From an uncultured Nitrososphaeraceae archaeon (GTDB lineage: Archaea; Thermoproteota; Nitrososphaeria; Nitrososphaerales; Nitrososphaeraceae), in contig CAVXZB010000038.1 of NCBI GenBank assembly GCA_963765895.1, positions 131,068 to 195,067 of the forward strand: a stretch of DNA of 64,000 bases, in the 5' to 3' direction. The notes beneath the pieces were generated by a model. The model saw only the letters and a program-made list of their open reading frames with translations, did no database searches and had not been told where the DNA came from. This document shows, piece after piece, positions 47,286 through 58,622 of this stretch (position 1 is its first letter; each line of letters opens with the position of its first letter). A program made the translations under genes and the position numbers.

Positions 47286-47992
47286 ATAAAGTTGCTATTA
47301 TCAACGCTGTCTCACTTGGATGTGGACTTAATGCTAGGTGTATGCGATTCCAATAATCCTTGGACTAATCGTAGCTATCAGCTGTTTTTCAATCAAACAT
47401 ACTATCTTGTTTTCATGCATTTGAATTAAACTAATAATAAAGATAAACGATCGTCCCATTTTTCAACGGCCAGAACGATCTCTTTTTATGGTAATAAAGT
47501 AAACTCACCGGAGACGAAATAGTGGTATAGTGAAGTGATTTATATTATTAATTGATTAGTAATTTATTCTAGGGGCCGAATTTGTGGGACCGATTGAGTC
47601 CTCTAATCGGTACCCCACTCCATGTCTAAAATTAATGCTGATTTTATTAATAATGTGTCGAATTTAATTAATCTACTAACTGTGCCGCATGGAAACTTCC
47701 GTTCTAGCAAATCATACAATCCAACTAATTCCTTCAGAATATCCCGTATTTTGGGCTTGTAATATTGGACTAGGACTATGTCTTCTATTTCATTTCTTCT
47801 AACAAGATAATTGAAATAAACCATCTCTTCCAAAAGAGAGGAAAGGCTTTAAGCAACCCTATGAAAGACTCGGCGTCTGAAGTGCTCATGATTACGTTGC
47901 ACTCATGGCAGCATAGCGTCAAGTTCTACAGTTTCATGCTTTTCATTCTGCTGACAGTGACGATGAACCTGCATATTATCTACACCTTACCT

Positions 47993-48941
47993 GGCTATGT
48001 AGAAAACATCATCAATATTACAAGATTAGTCAGTCTATGCATATTGTAGGTGATACATCTAAATGATAACTCTCTGTTCTGCATTCTAGTCAATCTAGAC
48101 ATAAGATTCTCTCCAAATAGTCGTTTTATAACTGATATTATGGTTTCATCTTTGTTTCGTTGATTGTACAGCAATTTGGAGTAACCACGCTTCATCTGCT
48201 TTCTGTACTTACCATGTGTTCTCCACATCGGTACATGTTCATATCGAGCAGGAATAATACTGAATGCATGTAAGTCCTCTCTTACGAGAAGGTGATTATC
48301 TTCACTATCGTAACCCTTATCAGCTGTAACTACGGATAATAGAAGAATATTTGATGTCCTTGTTATAATTGGCCTGAAATCTACATTATCATGCCTTGTT
48401 GGAGCTCGTCTTATCTTAATTGTACATATGATTTGTTGTAATACATCTACTCCAATAGATAATTTCGCATATTTTCTTCTCAATTCTGTTCGATCAAGTA
48501 TAATATTGTGATGCATGAGTTATCTTAAATCCTGTTGAATCTATTCCTGCAAAGATATGCTTGGTACCACTAATTACAATGAATGACGAAATTATCTTTT
48601 CAAGCAATGAATTATTGATTCTATCTGTAAACTTTTGCAATGTTGTAAAATGAGGAATACGTGACAACCGTAGAAATGACCTTAGGTAATAGGCTTCAAT
48701 TAACCACTCGACAAACATTCTATAACTCTTACCTTCATACTGTCGTATAGCAACTAGAACTATGTGCTGCCATATTGTAAATATGTGATTACTTTTCCTG
48801 TTAGAAAATAGAGGAATCCTTGCATGCTTCAAAACACGGAACATAGTACCTGCAAGTCTGACGTACATTGATTCTTTCAATAGACTATTGGTATTATACT
48901 CTTACAAAGCTTTGACTGTATGAGATGGTTTCTACACAGCC
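47993..48941 (-). mobile_element. IS5-family (ISH1-like) insertion sequence, copy 2; transposase frameshifted near 48495
   Basis: Inverted repeats GGCTATGTAGAAAAC and GGTTTCTACACAGCC; 8-bp target duplication CCTTACCT at 47985-47992 and 48942-48949; ORFs homologous to copy 1. Confidence 0.92.
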
Positions 48942-49030
48942 CCTTACCTCTAAAATATTTATACAAAAGCGCATAGTCTTATTGCAGTAGTATAATTTCT
49001 TCAACCGTAACGCAAATTCCTAACTGGAAT

Positions 49031-49630
49031 ATGAAATCAGACTATGTCGAAACATGTAACTGTGATTACGGATGTCCTTGCAATTTCAGTGGATTTCCAA
49101 GTGCTGGTTTTTGCAGGACTCTGGTACTATATCACATTCAAAATGGGAGTTATGGTAAGGATATCAATTTGGATGGCCTTGATGCTATTTATGCAGTATC
49201 TTGGCCCAAGGCAATTCATGAAGGAAATGGGACGATGCAATTATTTATAACTAGAAAAGCAAGTGAACAACAGAGACAGGCTCTTGTTAATATTTTATCA
49301 GGCCAAGCGAAGGGAGACGGTCCTTTTGTACTGTTTGCCGGGACATTCAAATATTTCCTCGAACCACAATTCTTTGATATTAAGGTCAACATAGATGGAA
49401 AAAAGAGTATTTTCTCAGTGCCATGTATTATAGATGTGCAGATTGAAAGTTTCCTAAATCCTGTATCCGGGAAAGAGCAGGAGACAAAAGTACAGTTACC
49501 AAACGGATTCATTTGGAAACTTGCAGAAGCAGCAAAATCAAAAATTATGCGCATCACAACTCCATGTCTAAATTTTGAGCACTCGGGACAAAATGCCTAC
49601 TACTCAGCAGTGGAATTCAAAGGCCCGTAA
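49031..49630 (+). CDS. DUF1326 domain protein
   Basis: YVETCNCDYGCPC..GFC, WPKAIHEGNG, QRQALVNILSG; the true start may lie slightly upstream. Confidence 0.85.
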   Translation: MKSDYVETCNCDYGCPCNFSGFPSAGFCRTLVLYHIQNGSYGKDINLDGLDAIYAVSWPKAIHEGNGTMQLFITRKASEQQRQALVNILSGQAKGDGPFVLFAGTFKYFLEPQFFDIKVNIDGKKSIFSVPCIIDVQIESFLNPVSGKEQETKVQLPNGFIWKLAEAAKSKIMRITTPCLNFEHSGQNAYYSAVEFKGP

Positions 49631-50385
49631 CTGACTGACCTGTAACTATGTTTCATTTCTTATCCTGTCTCCTCCTTTACTTCGGTTTCCAATCATTCCA
49701 TTCCCTGAGCCTTAGCCTCTGCCGCCTCTGCGGCTTTGCTTTTGCTGTTGCTATGTTTTATTTTGCCTGCTTTGGCTATGGGTGATTCTTCTATGAGAAA
49801 GTAATGTCTCAACTGTCACAACTATCTTAACTCGTTGTATTACTTTTTCCTTTTTGATATTCTTACTTAGTACTGATCTGTGTTCAGAAACTGGATAAAA
49901 GTACAGGTAATCTATTAATATAAAACTGAGTTGAGTCAAGCCAGTTAAGACACTGATTTCTTATAGAAAAGTTATCCATGCCTATTTCGATCATCTTCTA
50001 TCTCATGGCCAATTTTTCCTGGTCTGAAAACTTGAGACCAAACTCTTCTAGATACTGTAATCCGGCTTCCTCTGCCTTTTTCCAGTCTACAAGTATGATT
50101 TCTAGCCAGCAATAGACCCTTTCACCATTGATCCTTACCTGTTTAGGTCCCATTTCAGATGAATATCATTGGTCTGTGTCCGGCGAATTCTATCTCTGAT
50201 GTCACTTATGAAGCCAGGGTTGGAGGCGTTATCATGGGGCTCGGTAGGGAAATAGGTGTTATACGTGATCCTTATGTTAAATAGTATAATCTGTATTTTT
50301 GTAACATGTATTTGGCTATCTATAAGATTATGCATTCTATCTTTCGTAACAAACTTAAAAGCGACATTTATTACAAAACCCCTTT

Positions 50386-50763
50386 ATGCCTAAAATAATG
50401 ACACCCGGAGAAGTGCTCAATTCAGTAGTTGAAGGTATCAACACAGGGGATCTAGATTCCCTCATGACGCTCTATGAGGCGGATGCGTGTTTTGCATCGC
50501 AACCAGGACAACTTGCAAAAAGTCCGGAATCTGTACGCCAAAGTCTATGTAGTTTCATCGACTTGAAGGGCAAATTGAATCTAAAAGTAAAGAGGATGCT
50601 TCAAGCAAGCGATCTTGCTCTCGTAGCTACTGAATGGTCATTCAACGGAGCCGGACCTGATGGTAATCCTGTTAATATGGCTGCCAGATCTGCGGACGTT
50701 CTACGTCATCAGGACGATGGGACTTGGCGGTTTGTCATAGATAATCCTTGGGGGACAGACTAA
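50386..50763 (+). CDS. SnoaL/NTF2-like protein (DUF4440/YybH type)
   Basis: INTGDLDSLMTLYEADA...SADVLRHQDDGTWRFVIDNPWG. Confidence 0.88.
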   Translation: MPKIMTPGEVLNSVVEGINTGDLDSLMTLYEADACFASQPGQLAKSPESVRQSLCSFIDLKGKLNLKVKRMLQASDLALVATEWSFNGAGPDGNPVNMAARSADVLRHQDDGTWRFVIDNPWGTD

Positions 50764-51942
50764 TAAAACAGAAATTAATATAGAATAAGACATAATCACT
50801 AATTTTTCTTCTATCCTCAAGATTGCCTAAAAATGAACAAAAGTTTGTACCCTGTTCTTCCCTCGTAATAATAAATGGACGTGGTGAGACTTGTAGCGTA
50901 TGGTCTATTTACGGAAAAAAGCTGGGCTCAGCTTGTTGCAGTTATGCAGTCTACCATAGGATTAGTTATTAATGCCATCTCATTAGTTATCCCAAATAAG
51001 GGTACAATAGCTGATTCACTATAATGGTTTTAGAGCTCCTCTAAATTTGACTTGGTTAAGAATCTCTAACGACCTAAATGGATGACGTATATTTTCTATC
51101 GCTTCTGGAAGTAATTGGTTTAGACTTAGTAATTCTTCGTTTCTGTAAACCGCTCGATTATGCATTGACTTACATACAACCTAAAAACTCTATCCATCTA
51201 CTTTAACTGAATGTCCGGAAGGGTTATTTGAGCATTATCTGTTATGTTGACATCTTTATTCAAATTGCTTTGTAACAATCGCCAGTCCATTATGGATGGG
51301 ACTATAGTTTCCAGTACATCTCTTAACCATAGAATCATCCTATCCCATAGTTGACTACACGGTGATGTTATATAACTGGCAATTTAAAGGCTTTATGCGC
51401 TTGTTAGGAACAACATATTTTCACTTAAGACTTCTTGACGTGGTCATTATACAGGGATGAAATACAACAGTTCGTAACCCAGCAAATCCACAATGATGAT
51501 TGGCCGTTACCTAACTGGTTTGCCTTGACTTAGATTACCCCTTCTCCTCTTCTCAAGCGAAGGACCAGTTGCTAGAATTAGTACAGATAGTGGTCAGACC
51601 TTTGAAACATTGCTGACTCTTACAGCCAACTGGACCATTACTCTCATTGAATAACTTGACATCGTCATTTTTTTGTCAGCTGTGTTTGAAACCACAATCC
51701 GAGGATCATCACAAGCAGTATTTTAACAATCATTATCAATCGGTAGATAGCCCGATATTGAAGAAAAAGAAGGTGACGGAAATGGACAATATTTTATTGG
51801 TCTGACCTGTCCAGGTGTTTCTTCCTTTAAACGAAAAGAACATGTATGACTAACCTCTTTCGTGCAGACCATTCAACAATATTCGATTGTAAAATGGTTG
51901 GTCTAAATAGATTTAATAATCATTCGTACTACAAGTTCCTGA

Positions 51943-52428
51943 TTGTTATCAGCTCATCCAATTATTATCATGTTACTTCTAATAGTTCTGTTGAATCATG
52001 ATCAGACAGTTTGGGCCCAACACTTATCCTTTGGTCAAGATTCATTTGAGAATACAACAAATAGCCAAACACAAAATCGTCTTGATACAATAATTAAGCT
52101 ATTGCAGCAGACAAAGCAAGGAAGTATTATCCAGCTAAACCTGACGATTATTGTATTCATGATGGGACTGGCTTATGTAATCTTTGGACTGTACATTGGA
52201 CAGGAACAAAAACTGTCTGTCTTTACGAAGAGATTATATCTGACTGCTTATTTTGCACTAATTATTCCTATCACAGTTATACTTGTAAGATACATAGTTA
52301 ACGCCATGTCGTCTGGTGTATTGGATGATCCAGTTCTAACTGTCGCATTCCTACTTCTAATTCCTGTTACAGCCTCGTATGTCCTGATGATAGTAAAGAG
52401 CAGGCATGAATTTGTACCGCGTTCTTAA
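51943..52428 (+). CDS. Uncharacterised membrane protein (signal peptide plus 3 TM), paralog of 33935..34588
   Basis: IIVFMMGLAYVIFGL, FALIIPI, FLLLIPV. Confidence 0.7.
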   Translation: MLSAHPIIIMLLLIVLLNHDQTVWAQHLSFGQDSFENTTNSQTQNRLDTIIKLLQQTKQGSIIQLNLTIIVFMMGLAYVIFGLYIGQEQKLSVFTKRLYLTAYFALIIPITVILVRYIVNAMSSGVLDDPVLTVAFLLLIPVTASYVLMIVKSRHEFVPRS

Positions 52429-52478
52429 GCAAGCGTACCGGACAATAATTATAACAGGCTAATGTATATCACAAGTTT

Positions 52479-53968
52479 GTGAATTCCAATATCCATAGAG
52501 CATTAATATGTCAGGGAGGAGGATCACTTGGTGCATACGAAGCTGGAGTATATAATGCCATTAAAGAGGATCTCTCAGAATTCTTTAGAATTGAAGGTAG
52601 GCGAGACGAGCCACTATTTCATATTGTATCTGGAACATCTATAGTTTCGATAAACGCTGCTATTTTGGTAAACTATGTAAAGGAAAATAAAACGTGGGAA
52701 GGATCTGGCGAAAGCTTAGTCGAATTTTGGAAATATCTATCTACGCAATCGCGGGTTTATAACATACCACATTTTGCAGATTATTGGGATTCGTGGCATA
52801 GCGCGGATAATCGAATTGCATCAGGTGAGTCTGCCAGAAGATATTTTAGCATAAAACAATTTATTTTGAATGGTGTTCCTAAAGTATTTGTACCCAAGAC
52901 CTCTACCAGATAATCGATTTTTTGACCCTTCAAATACTTGATATACCTATAATAACAAACCGTTAAAAGAGAGCCTCGAAAGGTTTGCCAAATTTCCTAT
53001 CTCTACGAGCTTCGAGAATGGTGAACCAAGACTCTTGCTGGTTGCCGTGGATGTAAAAGGTGCCCCAGTAATCTTTGATAGTTATGAAAAGGAAGATGGG
53101 ACAAGGAAATCAGAATATGGTAAATATGGTAGACTGAAATCTGTAGGCTCAGCAAAGAATCAGGAAAATGAGGCATTTGAACACGTTATAAGATATAATG
53201 ATGGCATTAAGTCAGACTTAGTTTTAGCAAGCTGTTCAGTCCCTGTAAATTATGATTATACTAGACTCGATGTGGAAACCCGCCCCTTGCTCCTAGAAGG
53301 TCGAGACGACAACGCAGCTATTGGAGATAATGGTAGGCCTATTTCGAATAGTATAGTGACCAGCTTGCACTATTTGTGGGATGGTGGGCTTTTATCTAAT
53401 ACACCATTAAGGCTGACTATCTTGGCTCACGGAGATTATTGGTATAGAGTGGGGAAATTAGAATATGGAATTCCTACACTTAGATACGGTATAATAAATC
53501 TTCATCCAGCAAAACAAGAATATCTTCCTTCTGACTATGATGGTGTTCTTGACAGAAAGAATGACATAGTCTACCATGACAGAACACTGTTTGATGAAAA
53601 TATGGCAATTCTTTTATCTGATTTCGCGATATTCGCAGAGTCGCTAATCAAATTAGCGGAAAAGAAGGGTGTAAGCAATGAGGATTTACAAATGCTTTTC
53701 GGAGAAAACTAGGCGTATTTATCTTGTCACTGGGAAACAAATAAGATATGACGATTTATTGAAGGGTAGAGGAGATGTTGATTTCGTCGTTCGTTTAGAG
53801 CGAAAAAACAATATTCATACTATTTCAAACAAGACATTTGATTTTTCAAACACCACAATTCGACAGCTAATACAAGATGGATATAAAGAGGCTAAGGAAC
53901 AGATGAAACGCCTTGTACAGAGTCAAAAAAGAACTCCGTTAAGATTTCTTGTTCTGTTAGGGTGTTAA
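52479..53968 (+). pseudogene. Patatin-like phospholipase, copy 3 (decayed)
   Basis: Close paralog of copy 1. GTSIG is changed to GTSIV, there is an in-frame TGA where copy 1 has Trp (NT*Y), and there are two frameshifts. Confidence 0.88.
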
Positions 53969-54000
53969 TTTATACACATACACCTAAGAAATACCCACTC

Positions 54001-54572
54001 ATGAGAATTAATCATCTCTACACCTATCTAAGGGCAAACATTAGTCTTGTTATTCCAATAAGTCTTATTTTCTTAATTGTAATTTTTGGCGGTATTGGAG
54101 TGTATCTAGCTGAACACGAACAGCAAGGTGCTGATATAACTAACTTAGGTAACGCCTTTTGGTGGGCTGTAGTTACAATAACAACTGTAGGATATGGTGA
54201 TTATTATCCAGTAACGTCAGCCGGACGGTTAATAGCGGTATTAGTGATGTTCACTGGAATCGGTATCGTTTTAACCTTAATAGGTATGCTTTCACAGAGA
54301 AGATTACAGCGTTTGGAGTCCAGATAAAGTCAAAGACTAAAGTTCAACCCAGATTATTAGGTTATGAGACGAAGACAGACATAAAAAAAATAAAATCGAG
54401 GGGATTGAGAAGATGACTGATGAAGTCTTTTGACACACTGATTATCATGATCAAAAGTCTGCGTCGTACTCTACTCGAAGAGTCCAAGATCTTACACAAG
54501 TGCTCGAGGTGTGGTAACGTTTATTATAGCAAGCCCAAATTTCGCAGCAACTGTGGTCTTGATCTTACCTAG
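54001..54572 (+). CDS. KcsA-like 2-TM potassium channel with a frameshifted C-terminal zinc-ribbon-like tail
   Basis: FWWAVVTITTVGYGDYYP selectivity filter; the downstream frame ends KCSRCGNVYYSKPKFRSNCGLDLT*. Confidence 0.85.
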
Positions 54573-54798
54573 TGTCTGTTCAGAGAAAATTCCGACCAGA
54601 TTTGGCGTTTCTTTGGAACGCCAGGTACCCATTGTGGTTTAATTGATTGAAAATTTGGAGCATCTATTGGCAATTTATAAATCGGATTAACCGTTCTTCG
54701 AATTTTATAATCGCCTAGTCGACTAATCATCTACTGCACTCCTTTCTTATCCCTTTCATAATAGTAAGTTACCGGACTACGTCTAATCGCTATATGAA

Positions 54799-55011
54799 TC
54801 AACTAGAATTTTTCTTGATATTTTCGATAACAATCAAGGCAAGCGTCTTAATCTGCTCGTCTACACCAGGTGAATTAATGATCTCATTTATAGCATCTGC
54901 TGCTTTTGTGCCATACGCTGCAAGCTTATCCATTTCTTTAATTTGAATCATAGGCACATTCGAGGAATAAATTCTATGTTTTATATAGTTAATCTGATCT
55001 ACTACTGACAA
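54799..55011 (-). CDS. Small helical hypothetical protein
   Basis: 70-aa amphipathic, HEAT-like sequence pattern. Confidence 0.5.
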   Translation of the reverse strand: MSVVDQINYIKHRIYSSNVPMIQIKEMDKLAAYGTKAADAINEIINSPGVDEQIKTLALIVIENIKKNSS

Positions 55012-55056
55012 TTTTCATACCTCATGGCATCTTTAGCACGTAATTACTAGATGTAA

Positions 55057-55449
55057 TTACTCGGTAATTTCAACAATTGCATTGTTATCCTCATCACTTT
55101 CGCTACTATCATTACTACCATGTTTATGATGCTGATTGTTATTGCTACCGGTACTGTGATGATCACTCCCGTTACCATCACCATTACTACCATGTTCATG
55201 ATCTTGATTGTTAGCGGTACCGGTACTGTGATGTTGGGCTTGATTATCACCATTGTCACCATTATCAGAAGATCCCGATGAAGTTGGTGCAATCGGAGGA
55301 TAAGAAGACGGATTAGGGTCATTCGAGCCATTTCCTACACTCTTAGCATACAATATAGGGGTGAGATTATTTGGCAATATAGTTGCTGCAAAAGATAATG
55401 CCACTAGTGTTAGCATAAACAATTTTCGATCTATGAAGATGTGAGTCAA
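55057..55449 (-). CDS. Secreted low-complexity His/Asn/Gly/Ser-rich protein
   Basis: Signal-like N-terminus; HHSTG..NNQ.H.HGSN occurs twice. Confidence 0.65.
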   Translation of the reverse strand: MTHIFIDRKLFMLTLVALSFAATILPNNLTPILYAKSVGNGSNDPNPSSYPPIAPTSSGSSDNGDNGDNQAQHHSTGTANNQDHEHGSNGDGNGSDHHSTGSNNNQHHKHGSNDSSESDEDNNAIVEITE

Positions 55450-55903
55450 TTCTTATATCTTAAAATTGGTATTATTATATGTGTATTAAGACACATATGT
55501 AGACCATAATAAACTTGCTATTTATTACAAAAGACACTTTGATAAAAAAAACATTTTTCGATGACAAATGCCAGAATTGTAACGACAAATGATTGCATCG
55601 ACAGCAGAGACATCATTATCACTACAAAACGCAATAAATAAGAATACTCATGCTTTAACCGAAGGAATTTACGACATACGAAATTTTAAGAGATTTAGAC
55701 ATTAGTTTTCCTTTTGGAATTTTCAATTTCTTGAAGAGTCAAATTCAAATGTTCTTTAATTTCATCTTCTTGCATACATCATGATTAGACACCAGAATGT
55801 CTAAATTATGATTTGTGTGCCTTGGTGAATTCTGTTGAATGGTCATATAAGAAATAAGAGTAACACTAAATGTCAATATCAAAGTTAGAGATCATTCCAG
55901 TTA

Positions 55904-58204
55904 ATGTTTTATACTTACAAATTTATTAGTAGGTTAGAGGGCTCTTTGGTCAACGCAGCATCATCAGAAGTAATAGGTGGAAGGACTGAGGTATTGCATG
56001 GAGAGCAGAATGTCCTAAACACTATATTACAATTTACTTCTAAAGCAAAGAATAGAATTGATGCGTGTGTAGTTTACTCTAGGCCATCATTAGTTGTCGA
56101 AATTAAACAGTTAAGAAAAGTGTTTCTTGCTGCTAAGAGCAGGGGTGTTAAATTAAGATATGTTACTGAAGTCAATGAGGATAACGTTGGCTATTGTAAA
56201 GAGTTAATAAAAATGGTCAATGAGCTTCGTCATTTAGATGGAATCAAGGGAAATTTTTACATAAGTGAAACAGAATATATTGCTCCTGCAAGCCTGCATG
56301 AAGAAGGAAAGTCAGCATCAGAGATTATCTATACTAGCGTAAAGGAAATTATAGAACAGCAACGACAATTTGTATTTGATAGTTTCTGGGCTAGAGCTAG
56401 ACCTGCTGAGCAAAAGATTAAGGAACTAGAAGAAGGGATAATACATTATGAAACCAAAGTATTAGAAAACAAAGAAGAAATCTTTCGCCATATGAAATCT
56501 GTTATTCAAAAGGCAACTGAAAGATCAGTAGTTTGTTCGATTGGTGGAATCCAATTAGTATATAATAATTTCTTTGAAGATTACAAAAGAATAGTAGCTG
56601 ACAAGGAAATAATAGCAGGAGAAAGTAAAAAAGAAAGTAAAGGCATACGATGGATTACTTCTATAGACAAGGACAGTATAGAGTTAGTAAAAATATTTCT
56701 AAATGCAGGTATGCAGATAAGACATCTCAAAACCCTAACACACATGAATTTTGCTGTTGATGACAGGTATTTTTATTCTACTATAGATAAAATGGAGAAT
56801 GGTAACTTTGTGAATAATCTTTTGACTAGTAATGAATCAGCCTACATTAGACACTATAGTCTGATTTTTGAAGAGCTTTGGAAGAATGGAATTGATGCTC
56901 TAGACAGGATAAAAGATATCGAAGCAGGGGCACATTTGTCTGATATTGAAATTATTCCAAGTTCAGCTAGAGCTCAGGAACTGTATTTAGACATTGTTAA
57001 GGCCGCATCAGAGGAGATATTATGGATATTTCCTAGCATCAATGCATTTATTCGTCAAGAAAGGATAGGAGCAATACAATTAGCAAAAGACGCAGCCAGA
57101 GAAAGAAATGTAAAGGTTAGGATAATGATACCTGCAAACAGTGTAATTGAGCAAAAAATTCAGCAGCTAAAACAATATTGTTATCCTAGTAATTTGATAG
57201 ATGTCAGATATATTGTACAGATGTCAGATACTAAAGCCACAATATTAGTTGTTGATAAAAAGGCTTCATTGGTTATGGAACTAAAAGATGATTCAAAGGC
57301 GACTTTTATGGAGGCAATAGGATTATCAACTTATTCTAATAGTAAAGCTGGAGTTGCATCTTATATTGCTATATTTGAAAACTTATGGAAGCAAACTGAG
57401 TTATATGAAAAGCTAAAGGAATCAAAAAAACAACTCGAATTGGCCTATGAACAATTAAAAAGACATGATAAAATGCAAGAGGAGTTTATCAATATAGCTG
57501 CACATGAATTGTGTACGCCCATTCAGCCTATACTTGGACTAACTCAGATCGTTAGATCTAACTCAAAAGATGCAAAGCAATGTGAATTACTGGATGCTAC
57601 TATTAGGAATGCGAGGAGATTACAACAGCTTACTGAAGATATATTGGATGTTACAAAGATCGAAGGCCATTCATTATCTCTTAATAAAGAGCAATTCAAT
57701 ATGAATGATGTAATAACTAATGTGATAAATGATATATCATCAACAGCAACAAGTGCAAAGATTTACTCAAATAAAGAAATCAATACTACAGCAGCAACAA
57801 CCCCAATTAAATTAGAATACAGCTATACTCAAGATATTCTTGTTCAAGCAGATAAGGGTAGAATAATTCAAGTTATTAATATTCTACTAAATAATGCTAT
57901 TAACTTCACTCAAAAGGGAACTATATCAATCAGATTAGAATGGAAGAAAAAACAAGATGACGATGATGATGATTTAGACTATATTGTGATTAGTGTGAAG
58001 GATACTGGCCAGGGAATAGATCCAGAAATATTACCTAATCTCTTCACAAAGTTTGCTACAAAATCACAAACTCGAGGAACTGGACTTGGATTATTCATAT
58101 CAAAAAATATTGTAGAAGCTCATGGTGGTAAAATGTGGGCTCAAAATAATGATGACGGAATTGGAGCTACATTTGCATTCAGTCTACCAATTACAAACAA
58201 ATAG
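55904..58204 (+). CDS. Cytoplasmic sensor histidine kinase with repeated TrmB/PLD-like N-terminal domains
   Basis: H-box FINIAAHELCTPIQPI, N-box NNAINFT, G1 DTGQGI, G2 GTGLGL; intact 766 aa with no obvious TM segment. Confidence 0.93.
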   Translation: MFYTYKFISRLEGSLVNAASSEVIGGRTEVLHGEQNVLNTILQFTSKAKNRIDACVVYSRPSLVVEIKQLRKVFLAAKSRGVKLRYVTEVNEDNVGYCKELIKMVNELRHLDGIKGNFYISETEYIAPASLHEEGKSASEIIYTSVKEIIEQQRQFVFDSFWARARPAEQKIKELEEGIIHYETKVLENKEEIFRHMKSVIQKATERSVVCSIGGIQLVYNNFFEDYKRIVADKEIIAGESKKESKGIRWITSIDKDSIELVKIFLNAGMQIRHLKTLTHMNFAVDDRYFYSTIDKMENGNFVNNLLTSNESAYIRHYSLIFEELWKNGIDALDRIKDIEAGAHLSDIEIIPSSARAQELYLDIVKAASEEILWIFPSINAFIRQERIGAIQLAKDAARERNVKVRIMIPANSVIEQKIQQLKQYCYPSNLIDVRYIVQMSDTKATILVVDKKASLVMELKDDSKATFMEAIGLSTYSNSKAGVASYIAIFENLWKQTELYEKLKESKKQLELAYEQLKRHDKMQEEFINIAAHELCTPIQPILGLTQIVRSNSKDAKQCELLDATIRNARRLQQLTEDILDVTKIEGHSLSLNKEQFNMNDVITNVINDISSTATSAKIYSNKEINTTAATTPIKLEYSYTQDILVQADKGRIIQVINILLNNAINFTQKGTISIRLEWKKKQDDDDDDLDYIVISVKDTGQGIDPEILPNLFTKFATKSQTRGTGLGLFISKNIVEAHGGKMWAQNNDDGIGATFAFSLPITNK

Positions 58205-58500
58205 GTTAATGAAGAGTTACGGATTAACTAATCTACCACCATTAGTAGAGACCTATGATCCTCTCACTATTGTCTTTATTCATTTCTTCTTTTACTACTG
58301 CAATTTTGTTATTTCAGCAGTTATCTATCTTCTTAGAGCTTCTAGTTGATAAAGAATTGATAGCTTACATGAAGAATATACCCTTGTCAATGAAGGAGTT
58401 ACCATATCAAAAGATAGATCCTAGAGTTCGAAGATCACAACAACTTTTATCAACTATTGCTTATTAGACGAGAGAACCATTATTGGAAAGCAGACATAAA

Positions 58501-58520
58501 TGGATTGGATTGGATTGGAT
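58501..58520 (+). repeat. (TGGAT)4 microsatellite
   Basis: Read directly. Confidence 0.85.
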
Positions 58521-58622
58521 TACTAAACTGGTGATGACATCACAGTCAAAAAGGGTAAGATAAATTGTCAAAGTCTTTTTAGTCCCTCACGTCATACAAA
58601 TATCCTCATCGGTACTGTAATT

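Noticed and set aside
1899-53968. CBASS or Pycsar defence system (cyclase plus patatin effector)
   Set aside because: The cyclase and patatins are 10 kb or more apart and not operonic; there is no CD-NTase or cNMP-binding effector.
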